Shown: piece by piece, positions 14,290 through 23,912 of the stretch
Position numbering within the stretch: the stretch's first letter is position 1
Layout: the number at the start of each line of letters is the position of its first letter
Assembly: GCA_963775425.1 (NCBI GenBank)
Contig: CAVZJB010000003.1
Location: forward strand, 352,001 to 416,000
Source: an uncultured delta proteobacterium
Lineage (GTDB): Bacteria > Myxococcota > UBA727 > VGSZ01
DNA: 64,000 nt
Reading direction: 5' to 3'
Translations under genes and position numbers: made by a program
The notes under the pieces: generated by a model
The model's database searches: none
The model's input: the letters and a program-made list of their open reading frames with translations, nothing else
Told to the model about the DNA's origin: nothing

Positions 14290-15276
14290 CTACGGCGCGA
14301 GCTCCGCGGCGAGGGCGCCGGCGATGCCGAGGAGGTCGTCCAGCCACAGCCACTCGCCGCCGGCGTTGACTTCGAGGAAGAAGTGCTCGCCCGCGGGGGT
14401 GACGACGAAGTCGGCGGCGCCGTAGCGCAGGCCGAGCTCGTGCACGAGCGCGAGCAGCCCGCGCTCGACGTCACGCGGCAGGCGGTGCGGGCGCCACGCG
14501 TGAAGGAGCGCCACGCCTTCCTCGCGCCAGTCGAGGAGGCCGCCGGCGTCGACGGCGGCGGCGAACACGCGGTCGCCGACCACGGTGGCGCGGACGTCGA
14601 GCGCTTTGTCCACGCGCTCCTGGAACGTCATCGGACACATGCGCAGGCCCCCGAGGTCGTCGAGGTGGTGACGCGCGACGCGGCTCGTGAACACGACGTG
14701 CTCGGCGTCTTGTCGCACCACCGCGAAGCTCGACTGCACCTTGGTGACGATGTCGCCGTCGCACGCGTCATAGAACGCGCGCACGGCGCCGGGCTCGTTG
14801 GACAAGAGCGTCCGCGGCACGGCGAGGCCGAGCGCGGCGGCACGCACGAGCTGAAGCTCCTTGTGGTCACAGCGCCGCACGGCCTCGATGGCGTCGACGT
14901 GCGGGCAGGGCAGCGCCGCGATCATCCCGTGGAGCGCCCGGCGCGCTTCGCCCACGCACGCGTCGCGCAGATCGTCGAGGGCGACGGGCAGGGCGCCGCC
15001 GGCGTGGAAGCGCCGGTGCCACACGGCGCTCACGTCGTCGAGGTCGAAGCGCCCCTCCGGCGTCGTCAACGTGCGCGCCACACCCGGCGCGCGCGACTTC
15101 GCGGGTCGGCCGCCCGTGGCGCGCGCGGAGGGACCGACGCGCGTCGACACCGACACGGCGTCGGGGAACCGATCGGTGTCGAGCCGCAAGAGGGTCGCGC
15201 CCCGGCGAGCGAGCGCGCGGGTGACGCGCTCCACGGCCTCGTCGTCGTCGCTGCGGGTGACGGCCAGGACGGTCAT
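14290..15276 (-). CDS. Microviridin-type ATP-grasp ligase, MdnC/MvdD-like (ester-forming clade)
   Basis: MTVL.VT.SDD..RLDTDRFP, VWHRR, HKELQL, SSFAV..VVFTS, CPMTFQE..KALDVR, DWR.EG, YGAADF, FLEVN.GGEW match the recalled MdnC pattern. Confidence 0.85.
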   Translation of the reverse strand: MTVLAVTRSDDDEAVERVTRALARRGATLLRLDTDRFPDAVSVSTRVGPSARATGGRPAKSRAPGVARTLTTPEGRFDLDDVSAVWHRRFHAGGALPVALDDLRDACVGEARRALHGMIAALPCPHVDAIEAVRRCDHKELQLVRAAALGLAVPRTLLSNEPGAVRAFYDACDGDIVTKVQSSFAVVRQDAEHVVFTSRVARHHLDDLGGLRMCPMTFQERVDKALDVRATVVGDRVFAAAVDAGGLLDWREEGVALLHAWRPHRLPRDVERGLLALVHELGLRYGAADFVVTPAGEHFFLEVNAGGEWLWLDDLLGIAGALAAELAP

Positions 15277-16331
15277 CGCGCCCCCCGGGGAGACATCGCG
15301 GTCGAAGCGGGGCCGGCGGCGAGCAGGTCCGCGAGGGCGCCGGCGACGTCCAGGCCGGCGTCGCGCTGCAGCCAGCCCCACTCCCCGGCGGGGTTCACCT
15401 CGAAGAACCAGTGCGTGCCGCCGACGTCGACGCCGAGGTCGACGGCGCCGAAGGAGAGCCCCAGCCGCGCCACGAGCGCCGCGCACGCGCGCTCGACGGC
15501 GGCGGGCAGCCGCGCCGCCCGCCACGTCGGGGCGCGCTCGGCGCCGGCCGGGGCGCGGCGCCAGTCGAGCGCTCCGGGAGGGCTCGCGAGCGACGCGGCC
15601 AACACGCGGCGGCCGACGACGACGGCGCGGACGTCGGCGCGCTTTTCGACGCGACGCTGGAAGATCATCGGCGCCGCGCGCAGCGCGTCCAGCGCGGCGG
15701 CGTCGCCCGCGTCGACGGGGCTCGTGCCGACAAAGGGGCCGGCGCCGTCCATGGACTCCGACAGCGGCGCGAGCAGCTTGCACACGACGCGGCCGCCGTC
15801 GGCCTCCACGGCCGCGATGAACGCGCGCGCCTCGCCGGGGTCGTTGGTGACGACGGTCTCCGGCACCGCGAAGCCGGGCACGCCTCGCGCCGCGACGAGC
15901 TGCGCGGCCTTCAGCTCCGCCCGCCGCTGTGCCGCGAGCGGGTTCACGAAGCGCACGCCGAGGTCCTCGAGCAGCGCCAGCATCCCCTCGAACGAGGCGT
16001 CGGCCTGCGCCTCGCAAGCCCCGGCGAAGCGGGCATCGACGTCGAGCGGCGCGCGCGCGGTCCAGATGCGCCGGCACCACACGGCGTGCGTTCGCACGAG
16101 GTCGATCTCGGCGTCGTCGACGGACAACAGCGCGCGGCCGTCGCCGCCCGTCGTCAGCGTGATGTCCGCAGGGAAGCGGTCGGTGTCCACGCGGACCGGC
16201 TCGAGGCCGCGCGCGCGCAAGGCGTCGGCGACGACGTCGGGGACGTAGACGTCGCCGCTGTGCGTGAGGACGAGCACGGTGCGGGGCGCGCCCCCCCGCG
16301 CGCGCCGCGCCCTGCGCCGCGCGGGGCTCAC
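15273..16331 (-). CDS. Microviridin-type ATP-grasp ligase, MdnB/MvdC-like (amide-forming clade)
   Basis: VLVLTHSGD, DTDRFP, W.RRIW, P.T.VTNDP, KLL..LS.SM, PMIFQ, DWRR, FEVNPAGEWG.LQRD match the recalled MdnB pattern. GTG start overlaps the pmbA stop. Confidence 0.85.
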   Translation of the reverse strand: MSPARRRARRARGGAPRTVLVLTHSGDVYVPDVVADALRARGLEPVRVDTDRFPADITLTTGGDGRALLSVDDAEIDLVRTHAVWCRRIWTARAPLDVDARFAGACEAQADASFEGMLALLEDLGVRFVNPLAAQRRAELKAAQLVAARGVPGFAVPETVVTNDPGEARAFIAAVEADGGRVVCKLLAPLSESMDGAGPFVGTSPVDAGDAAALDALRAAPMIFQRRVEKRADVRAVVVGRRVLAASLASPPGALDWRRAPAGAERAPTWRAARLPAAVERACAALVARLGLSFGAVDLGVDVGGTHWFFEVNPAGEWGWLQRDAGLDVAGALADLLAAGPASTAMSPRGAR

Positions 16332-17686
16332 GCCGCCGTGACGTCGACGCCGTCGACGAGGACCAGCGGGCAGAGCGTGGCCATGTTCTTGTGCGGCTTC
16401 TCCCCCCACGCCACGAGCTTCTCGAAGCAGTCGAAGACGTTCCCCGCGATGAGCGTCTCTTTCACAGGCGCCGTCTTCTTGCCGTTTTCCACGAGGAAGC
16501 TGCCCTTGGCGACGCCGGAGAAGTCGCCGCTCACGGCGTCGACGTTTCCGGAGAAGCGCCCGACGTAGAGGCCGTTTTTCAGCTCGCGGAAGAGGTCGTC
16601 GTCGCCGGCGGTGCCGCCGGCGACGCGGACGTTGGTGGTGCCGATGGAGGGCAGCGAGCGCGCCGAGCCCTGCGCGTGTCCCGTGGGGCGCCTGCCCGCG
16701 CGGCGCGCGGCCTTGCCGTCGTAGAGGAACGTGTGCAGCACGCCGTCGCCCACGAGGACCGTGCGACGGTGCGGCAGCCCCTCGCGGTCGAAGCTCGCCG
16801 AGCCCAGGCCGCCGGGCACGGTGCCGTCGTCGACCAGCAGGAAGCCCGGCGAGGCGATGCGCTTGCCGAGCTTGTCCTTCAAGCGGCTCTTGCCCTTGAA
16901 GACCGTGTCGCCGTCGACGGCGTCGAAGAGCGTGTCGAGGAACACCTCCTCGAACGCGTCCGGCGAAAACAAGACCTTGCCCTTGTAGGTGATGCCCTCG
17001 CGGGGGTGCAGGAGCGCGAGGACGCGGTCGGCGAAGCGGCGGCTGACGTCGCCGACGTCGATCTCGCCGGCCGTGCGCACGCCGTCGTAGAGGTGGTCGA
17101 AGCTGCCGACCTCGTCGCCGTCGACGGCCATGCCGAACAGCCCGTACGTCGCCGCGGCCTCGCTGGCCGCAGCGGACACGCCCGCCGACGACACCACCGC
17201 GTACACGCTGCTCGACGACGCGAGCTCGGCGTTGTCGACGCTGACCCGCGCGTCCACGCCGCGCGCCTCGTCGAGGAGCGCCACGGTGCTCTCGACCACG
17301 TCTTCGGCGGTGAGGGCGGCGACGTCGTCGTCCCACAGCCCCTGCACCGGGCGCCCCGGGCGGGGCTCCACCATGCCGTTCGCCGCGTCGCCCGGCGAGG
17401 CGTGTGCGATGGCGAGCGCGTCGCCGATGGCGTCGTCGATGGCCTCGTCCGCGAGGCGGTTGACGTAGGCGAAGCCGGAGCGGTCGCCGACGAGCACGCG
17501 GATGCCCACGGCCTCGTGCTCCGCCGTGGACGCGCCCTTGAGCTCGCTCTGCTCCACGTTGGCCGACGTCTGCGTCACGCGCTCCGCGAACGCTTCACAG
17601 CCGGTGGCGCCTCTCTTTTGCGCGCGGCGCACGACGTCGTCGCACAGCTCGCGCAAGCGCCGCTCCACCTCTCCCGTCGTCGTCAT
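16328..17686 (-). CDS. pmbA: PmbA/TldE family protein
   Basis: GIRVLVG..GFA, FDREGLP, TGHA, GDFS..GF.VENG, IAGN. No HExxxH, as expected for TldE. Confidence 0.9.
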   Translation of the reverse strand: MTTTGEVERRLRELCDDVVRRAQKRGATGCEAFAERVTQTSANVEQSELKGASTAEHEAVGIRVLVGDRSGFAYVNRLADEAIDDAIGDALAIAHASPGDAANGMVEPRPGRPVQGLWDDDVAALTAEDVVESTVALLDEARGVDARVSVDNAELASSSSVYAVVSSAGVSAAASEAAATYGLFGMAVDGDEVGSFDHLYDGVRTAGEIDVGDVSRRFADRVLALLHPREGITYKGKVLFSPDAFEEVFLDTLFDAVDGDTVFKGKSRLKDKLGKRIASPGFLLVDDGTVPGGLGSASFDREGLPHRRTVLVGDGVLHTFLYDGKAARRAGRRPTGHAQGSARSLPSIGTTNVRVAGGTAGDDDLFRELKNGLYVGRFSGNVDAVSGDFSGVAKGSFLVENGKKTAPVKETLIAGNVFDCFEKLVAWGEKPHKNMATLCPLVLVDGVDVTAA

Positions 17687-19095
17687 TCCTGGCTCCCATC
17701 GTCCGCGGCGGCGGATTGGCCCGCGAGCGTCACCGTGCAGCGGACGTGCGGGCCGCCGGCGTCGACCTTGGCGGGTTGACCCTTGCCGCAAAAGCCGCTG
17801 CCGAGCTCCCACGCGAACTGGTCGCCGACGGCGTCCACCGACGAGAGCACCTCGAAGGCGTCGCCGGTGATGGTGGTCCCGCGGTGCAGCGGCCCGAGCT
17901 TCCCGTTCTTCACGGGGTAGACCTCACCCACCACGAACATGAACTCCGCGTTGGCGTCGGCCTGGCCGTTCTTGGCGCCGGCGAGCAGGTAGCCGTCGTC
18001 GAGTCCGGCGATCATCTCCTCGAGCGACGCCTTGCCCGGCTCCACGTACGTGTTGCGCATGCGGATGAGCGGCTCGTTGTCGAACTCGAAGGCGCGCGCG
18101 TTGCCCGTGGGCTCCACGCCGAAGCGCTGCGCGCTCTCGCGGTTGTGCAGGTACGAGCGCAGCACGCCGCCCTCGATGATGGTGACCCGCTGCGAGGGGA
18201 CGCCTTCGTCGTCGACGAGGACGACGCCGCCGGCGCCCGCGAGGTGCTCGCTGTCCCCGGAGTCGCACAGCGTGACGAGCTCGCTCGCGACGCGCTTTCC
18301 GATCTTGCCGGCGGCGGCCGACCCGGCGAGGACGAAGTCCGCCTCGACGGTGTGGCCGATGGCCTCGTGGACCAGCAGGCCGACGACGTCGGGCGCGAGG
18401 ATCACCTTTTTCTTGCCGCCGTCGACGTAGCCGGCCCGCAGCAGGTCGGTGGCCGTGCGCACGGCTTTTTCGACCATCTCCTCGGCGGTGCGCCGCGAAA
18501 ACAGGTCGCCGAAGCCGCCGGTGTGGCCCGCGGCCTCGACGCAGGACTGCAGCTCGCCCTCCATGGCCGCGACGGCGCCGACGCGGAGCTCGGGCTTGGT
18601 GTCCTGGATGTGCACCCGGGCGCCGTCCGAGGTGACGATGAACTTTTCGTCGATGAGCTCCGTGTAGCGCGCGCTCGACGACGTGATGGAGCCGCCGCCC
18701 CGCTTGATGAGCTCCTCGGTGCGCAACACGAGGTCGATCTTTTCCTCGAGCAACTTGTCCGAGAGCGGCTGGCGCGCCGGCGAGACGTAGTCGCGGTTCT
18801 GCCACGCCGCGCGCGGCGGGACCTTCAGCCGCTCCTTGCGTCGCGCCGCCGCAGCCTTGGCCGCCAGCCGCGCCGACGCGACCGCGCGTTTCAGGGCCTC
18901 TTTGGTGAGGACGCTGGTGGAGGCGAAGCCCCACGCGCCGTCAACGAGCGCGCGCACCCCGACGCCGGCGTGGTGCGTGGAGCGGGCGGCCTCGAGCTTG
19001 CCGTCCTCGACGAGGATCGAGCGCGAGGTGCGATCATGGTAGCGCAGCTCGAGCCAATCGCCCTGGTCGAGCACGCCTTCGAGGAGATCGTACAT
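17683..19095 (-). CDS. tldD: TldD family metalloprotease
   Basis: GVGVRA..GAWGFAS, HEAIGHTVEAD, DDEG, TGNAR, RMRNTY, CGK.Q..VDAGGP. Confidence 0.93.
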   Translation of the reverse strand: MYDLLEGVLDQGDWLELRYHDRTSRSILVEDGKLEAARSTHHAGVGVRALVDGAWGFASTSVLTKEALKRAVASARLAAKAAAARRKERLKVPPRAAWQNRDYVSPARQPLSDKLLEEKIDLVLRTEELIKRGGGSITSSSARYTELIDEKFIVTSDGARVHIQDTKPELRVGAVAAMEGELQSCVEAAGHTGGFGDLFSRRTAEEMVEKAVRTATDLLRAGYVDGGKKKVILAPDVVGLLVHEAIGHTVEADFVLAGSAAAGKIGKRVASELVTLCDSGDSEHLAGAGGVVLVDDEGVPSQRVTIIEGGVLRSYLHNRESAQRFGVEPTGNARAFEFDNEPLIRMRNTYVEPGKASLEEMIAGLDDGYLLAGAKNGQADANAEFMFVVGEVYPVKNGKLGPLHRGTTITGDAFEVLSSVDAVGDQFAWELGSGFCGKGQPAKVDAGGPHVRCTVTLAGQSAAADDGSQE

Positions 19096-19194
19096 CCCCC
19101 GTGGATAGCCGCGACCGCTGGAGAGCGCCACCCGGGCTCCGGCGGCGGCTGGGCCGAGGGCCTGCGTTCAGGTGACGCCTCACGAGGGTGCGAC

Positions 19195-20559
19195 ATGCAG
19201 GACGCAGTGATCATCGGGGCGGGGCAGGCGGGGCCGTTCCTCGCCGCGCGGCTGGCGGGCGCAGGGCAGAAGGTGACCCTCGTCGACAAGCGCGCGCTGG
19301 GCGGCACGTGCGTCAACGACGGCTGCACACCGACCAAGACCCTCGTCGCCAGCGCGCGCATCGCCTACACCGCGCGCGAGGCCGCGCGCTGGGGCGTGGT
19401 GGTCGGCGACGTGCGCGTCGACATGAAGGCCGTGCGCGCCCGCAAGGACACCGTCGTGGCCGCGTCGCGCGACGGGCTCGACGCGTGGCTCGGGTCGATG
19501 CCGGGCCTCACGCTCGTCCGCGACGCCGCGCGCTTCGTCTCGCCGAACGCCGTGGAGGCTGGCGGGCGACGCATCGAGGGCAAGCGCTTCTTCATCAACA
19601 CCGGCGCGCACCCCGTCGTCCCCGCCGCGCCCGGGCTCGAGGAGGTCTGCCTCACCAACGAGGACGTGATGGACCTCGACGAGGCGCCCGAGCACCTCGT
19701 CGTCGTCGGCTCGAGCTTCGTCGCGCTCGAATTCGCGCAGATCTACCGGCGCTTCGGCAGCCGCGTGACGGTGCTCGCGCGCAGCGGGCGCGTCCTCACC
19801 CACGAGGACGAGGCCGTCGCCGACGTCGTCACGGAGGTATTTGTGCGCGAGGGCATCGAGGTGCGCACGGGGGCGACGGTGGCCCGCGCCGAAAAGACCG
19901 CCGCCGGCGTGCGCGTGCACGTCGCGCGCGGCGGCGTCATCGAGCCGCTCGACGCGAGCCACGTCCTCGTCGCCGCCGGTCGCGCGCCGAACACCGCGGG
20001 CCTCGGCCTCGAGGCGGCGGGGGTGACCGTGGACGCCGCCGGCTACATCCCGGTGAACGACGTGTTGCAAACCAACGTCGAGCACATCTGGGCGCTCGGC
20101 GACGTCAACCGGCGCGGCGCGTTCACGCACACGTCGTACAACGACTACGAGGTGGCCGCCGCCAACCTCCTCGACGGCGCGCACCGCTCCGTCGCGAGCC
20201 GCATCCCCGTGTCGTGCATGTTCGTGGATCCCCCGCTCGGGCGCGTGGGCATGAGCGAGCGCGAGGCGCGCGCATCGGGCAAGAAGATCCTCAAGGGCTT
20301 GCGCCCCATGACGCGCGTGTCCCGCGCGAGCGAGCGCGGCGAGACCGACGGCTTCCTGCAGATCCTCGTCGACGCCGAGACGTCGAAGATCGTCGGAGCC
20401 ACGCTCCTTGGCGTCGAGGCCGACGAGGCCGTGCACGTCATCGCCGCGTTCATGGCGACGGGCGCGCCCTACACGGTGCTGCAGCAGACGGTGCTGTCGC
20501 ACCCGACGGTCTCGGAGCTCATCCCCACCGTCCTCGGAGAGTTGGAGCCGCTCGCGTAG
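19195..20559 (+). CDS. FAD-dependent pyridine nucleotide-disulfide oxidoreductase (class I; RclA/MerA-like without the C-terminal Cys pair)
   Basis: GAGQAG, GGTCVNDGCTPTK, GR.PN, WALGD, HPTVSE. Confidence 0.88.
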   Translation: MQDAVIIGAGQAGPFLAARLAGAGQKVTLVDKRALGGTCVNDGCTPTKTLVASARIAYTAREAARWGVVVGDVRVDMKAVRARKDTVVAASRDGLDAWLGSMPGLTLVRDAARFVSPNAVEAGGRRIEGKRFFINTGAHPVVPAAPGLEEVCLTNEDVMDLDEAPEHLVVVGSSFVALEFAQIYRRFGSRVTVLARSGRVLTHEDEAVADVVTEVFVREGIEVRTGATVARAEKTAAGVRVHVARGGVIEPLDASHVLVAAGRAPNTAGLGLEAAGVTVDAAGYIPVNDVLQTNVEHIWALGDVNRRGAFTHTSYNDYEVAAANLLDGAHRSVASRIPVSCMFVDPPLGRVGMSEREARASGKKILKGLRPMTRVSRASERGETDGFLQILVDAETSKIVGATLLGVEADEAVHVIAAFMATGAPYTVLQQTVLSHPTVSELIPTVLGELEPLA

Positions 20560-20561
20560 GA

Positions 20562-21128
20562 CTACGCCTGCGCGCCGCCGGGGACGTTGATGAAGCCCGT
20601 GGGCGAGACGCCGAGGCGGGCGTAGCTCTCCTGCCAGCGTTCATCCATGGGGACGTCGAAGAGGAGCTCGGGGTCGAAGGGCGCGTGGAGCCAGGAGCCC
20701 CGCTCGAGCTCGTCTTCGAGCTGCTGCGGCGCCCAACCGGCGTAGCCGAGCAGGAGGTCAAAGCGGCCGGGGAGCTCGCCGCGGGCGCCGGCCTCGAGGA
20801 TCTCGCGCGAGGGAGAGATGGAGACGGAGGGCGCGACGTCGATGCCCGGGCCGAGCGGCCGGCCGTCGTCGTGCTCGTACAGGACGAAGCCCGAAAACCC
20901 GCTGACCGGCCCACCGATGAGCACCGACCTGTCGTCGATGCCGGGCACGATCTCGAGCTCCTTCAACAGTTGGTGGAGCCGGATCTCGCTCGGGCGGTTG
21001 ACGATGAAGCCCATGGAGCCGCCGGGCTCGTGCACGGCGAGCAAGACGAGGCTTTGGTCGAAGTTGGGGTCCGACAACGGCGGCGGTGCGAGGAGGAACC
21101 CGGGTGCGAGGCGGTCCGTCGTCGACAT
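20562..21128 (-). CDS. YqgE/AlgH family protein
   Basis: LAPP.L.DPNF..S, GFIVNRP, GGPV, LGYAGW.P.QLE.E..GSW. Confidence 0.92.
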   Translation of the reverse strand: MSTTDRLAPGFLLAPPPLSDPNFDQSLVLLAVHEPGGSMGFIVNRPSEIRLHQLLKELEIVPGIDDRSVLIGGPVSGFSGFVLYEHDDGRPLGPGIDVAPSVSISPSREILEAGARGELPGRFDLLLGYAGWAPQQLEDELERGSWLHAPFDPELLFDVPMDERWQESYARLGVSPTGFINVPGGAQA

Positions 21129-21194
21129 GAGCAAAGTGTAACAGGTCGCCTCCGAGCGACGCTTCCACACATCGGCGCACCCGGATCCATTTTT

Positions 21195-22334
21195 TCAGGC
21201 GGTGGCGAGCACGCGCGACACCAGCAGCGACGGCGGCGGGCGCACGCCCGCGAGCGTCGGGTGATCGGGGCCCGAACCGAGCCGCGCGAGCACCTGCAAA
21301 CGCTTGCGTGTCTTGGCCGCGGCGTCCTGCAACGCGCCCGCGAACGCATCGTCGTCCAGCGCCGTCGCCGCCGACGCCGTGGCAAAGATGCCCCCCTCGT
21401 CGAGGAGCTTCAGGCACAACCCGGCGTGTTCCCCGGCGCGCGCGAGCGCGGTCTCGACGTCGTCGTCGGCGGCGGGCTGGGGGTGGAACACCACGACATC
21501 GAAGCGCGGCCGCACCTCGCTCTCGGCACGCAGCCAGGCGAGCGGGTCGGCCTCGACGCGATCGAGCCGCGTGTCGATGTCGTTGTGCCTGGCGTCCTCC
21601 TCGGCGAACGACGAGAGCACCGGCGCCTCGTCGACGAGCACCACCTCGGCGGCGCCGCCCTCGGCGAGCTGCAGGCCGTAGCCGCAGAAGCCGGCGTAGA
21701 GATCGAGGCAGCGCCCGCGCGCCCAGCGGCGGACCGCGCGCTGCCGCTCGAGGTCGGCGGTGAGGCGCCGCGCCCCGGGCGTGGCGAGGTCGACGGCGAG
21801 CTCGAGGCGGCCGTGCACGAAGCGCACGCACGGATCGGTGCCCTTCACCAGCGTGACCTCGTCGGCGCGGGCGACGGCGACCGTGGTGGCGGCGGTGCGC
21901 TCGACGAGGAGCGGCAGCACCTCGTTGACCACCTTGCCCATCGGCGGGCAGTCGACGGCGATGAGGAGCCCCGAGCCGAAGCGGTCGACGAACAGCCCGG
22001 GGATGCCGTCGCCCTCCCCATGGCAGATGCGGCCGGCGTCGCTGCCCTCGAGGTCGGTCTCGCGCCGGGCGAGGGCGCGCTCGAGCCGCGCGTGGATGAG
22101 GCCGACGGGATCGCGCGTGCGCGCCGACGACAGCAACCGGATGGTGGCGGGGCCGGTGGGGTCGTACAGCGCCGTCCCCATCGGCAGCGAGGTCTCGTCG
22201 ACGAGGTCCACGAACGGGCCGCCGTCGCCGTCGTAGCGGACGACGTCGTCCCGGTGCAGCCACGGCCAGCCGCGCTGCGCGCGGCGCAGACCCTTCCTCG
22301 TGACGATGGCGCTGCCGGTGACCTCGATTGGCAC
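21195..22334 (-). CDS. RlmI-like class I SAM-dependent methyltransferase (divergent)
   Basis: GWPW PUA-like N-terminus, HGEGDGIPGLFVDRF, LDLYA..CGYGL, GPDHP. Motif IV reads FHPQP rather than LDPP. Confidence 0.75.
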   Translation of the reverse strand: MPIEVTGSAIVTRKGLRRAQRGWPWLHRDDVVRYDGDGGPFVDLVDETSLPMGTALYDPTGPATIRLLSSARTRDPVGLIHARLERALARRETDLEGSDAGRICHGEGDGIPGLFVDRFGSGLLIAVDCPPMGKVVNEVLPLLVERTAATTVAVARADEVTLVKGTDPCVRFVHGRLELAVDLATPGARRLTADLERQRAVRRWARGRCLDLYAGFCGYGLQLAEGGAAEVVLVDEAPVLSSFAEEDARHNDIDTRLDRVEADPLAWLRAESEVRPRFDVVVFHPQPAADDDVETALARAGEHAGLCLKLLDEGGIFATASAATALDDDAFAGALQDAAAKTRKRLQVLARLGSGPDHPTLAGVRPPPSLLVSRVLATA

Positions 22335-22429
22335 GAAGAGATCATAGCGCGGGGCGCCGGCGTCGACACTGCCGGCCACTCCGCGCCGGCGAAGCCGGTC
22401 CGGTAGGCCGAGCCGATAGAGGCGTGGTA

Positions 22430-23239
22430 ATGCCCCGGGCGATGCTGCTCCGCTTCGATCGGGACCGGTACGTGTCCGACGTCGCGCCCCGCCTGTTGTT
22501 GGCGTCGGCGGAGCTCTTGCTCGACGCGCTGCCCCCGCTGCAGCCGCAGACGCGGTTCCTCGAGGTGTGCGCGGGGGCGGGGCCGCTGGCGCGCCCCCTC
22601 GTCGAGCGCATCGCCGGCCTCGGCCGCCTCGTTGCGGTGGAGAGCGACTGGGGGCTCGCGCAGCACCTGCCGTCGTCCAAGGGCAGGGCGGCGCGGGTGG
22701 TCGCGGGCGCCGATCGGCTGCCGTTCGCGGCCGGCAGCTTCGACGTCGTGATCTGCAACCTCGTCCTCGGCGACGCGCAGGAGGATCGCCCGCGGCTGGT
22801 CGAGCTGCGGCGGGTGATGCGTCCGGGCGGCTGGCTGCTCGCCACCGTCCTGTTGCGCGGCAGCTTCGACGCGCTCCTCGACGTGCTCATCGAGAGCTGC
22901 GAGGCCCAGAGCCTCCACGCGAGCCGCCTCGCGCTCATCGAGGCGCTGCGCGGGCTGCCGGACGAGGCGTCGCTCGAGGCCACCATGGCGGAGGCGGAGC
23001 TCGACGTCGCCCACCTCGGCGTCGAGGAGCGCGCCTTGTTCTTCAAGGACGGCGCCGCCTGCCTGTCGGATCCGCTCGTGCGCGAGGTGCTGTTGCCGTC
23101 CTGGCTCCACGACGCCCCGCCGGTCCCCGACTCGGCCCTGGCCGCCGCCGCCGCGGCCATCGACACCTACTTCGGCGGCCGCTTCGCCCTGCGCCTCAAG
23201 ACGGCGATCATCACGGGACGGGCCGAAAAGCCGAAGTAG
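22430..23239 (+). CDS. Class I SAM-dependent methyltransferase (Methyltransf_11-like)
   Basis: FLEVCAGAG, LPFAAGSFDVV, RVMRPGG. Confidence 0.85.
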   Translation: MPRAMLLRFDRDRYVSDVAPRLLLASAELLLDALPPLQPQTRFLEVCAGAGPLARPLVERIAGLGRLVAVESDWGLAQHLPSSKGRAARVVAGADRLPFAAGSFDVVICNLVLGDAQEDRPRLVELRRVMRPGGWLLATVLLRGSFDALLDVLIESCEAQSLHASRLALIEALRGLPDEASLEATMAEAELDVAHLGVEERALFFKDGAACLSDPLVREVLLPSWLHDAPPVPDSALAAAAAAIDTYFGGRFALRLKTAIITGRAEKPK

Positions 23240-23312
23240 AATGCGGGAGTTGCTAGGCTCACTTGCCGCCCCCTCGCGGGTGACCACGATAGGCGGAAGG
23301 CGGAGGCGACAC

Positions 23313-23912
23313 ATGGGCTTGATCAAGGACGTGGTGATGGCGGCGAGCGTGGCGGCGGGCAACGTGGCCAGCCGTGAGCGCGATCGCGAACTGGAGACCA
23401 CGCACGAGGACGGCAGGCCCAAGGCGCTCGGCGAGCGGGCCAAGAACCGCCTGAACGCCGTGGTCGGCGAGGGCACGGCCAAGGTGGTCGTGAGCCAGAC
23501 GGCCCACTTCGGCGCCAAGGAGATCGCCAAGCGGGTCTCGGGCGACACCTTGAAGAAGGTGTTCGGCGCGCTGGCCAAGCGGCCGCTGGTGTCGGCGGGG
23601 GCGGCGTTGTTCGCCTTCGACGCCGCGCGCGACGGCTTCCGGCTCGCCCGCGGCAACATCGACGGGCGCGAGTTCGCCGAGCGCATCGGCGGCAACAGCG
23701 CCGGCCTCGTCGGCGCCGCCGGCGGCGCGTACGTCGGCTCGCTCGTCGGCACGTTCGCCATGCCGGTGATCGGCACCATGGTGGGCAGCGTCATCGGCGG
23801 CGTGGTCGGTGGCATCGGCGGCGACACGTACGGCCGCAAGAAGGTCCGCGGCTTCATGGGCGTCGAGGACGACGACGACTTCGACGACGACGAGGACGAC
23901 GAGGACGAGTGA
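23313..23912 (+). CDS. Hypothetical glycine-zipper protein with acidic tail
   Basis: GxxxG repeats (GAAGGAYVGSLVG..PVIGTMVGSVIGGVVGG) and a DDDDFDDDEDDEDE end. Confidence 0.75.
   Translation: MGLIKDVVMAASVAAGNVASRERDRELETTHEDGRPKALGERAKNRLNAVVGEGTAKVVVSQTAHFGAKEIAKRVSGDTLKKVFGALAKRPLVSAGAALFAFDAARDGFRLARGNIDGREFAERIGGNSAGLVGAAGGAYVGSLVGTFAMPVIGTMVGSVIGGVVGGIGGDTYGRKKVRGFMGVEDDDDFDDDEDDEDE

Noticed and set aside
19195-20559. Mercuric reductase merA, or the glycine cleavage L protein
   Set aside because: No C-terminal Cys-Cys pair, no NmerA domain and no mer genes. It is separated from gcv by other genes, and its motifs fit the uncharacterised RclA-like clade better than LpdA.
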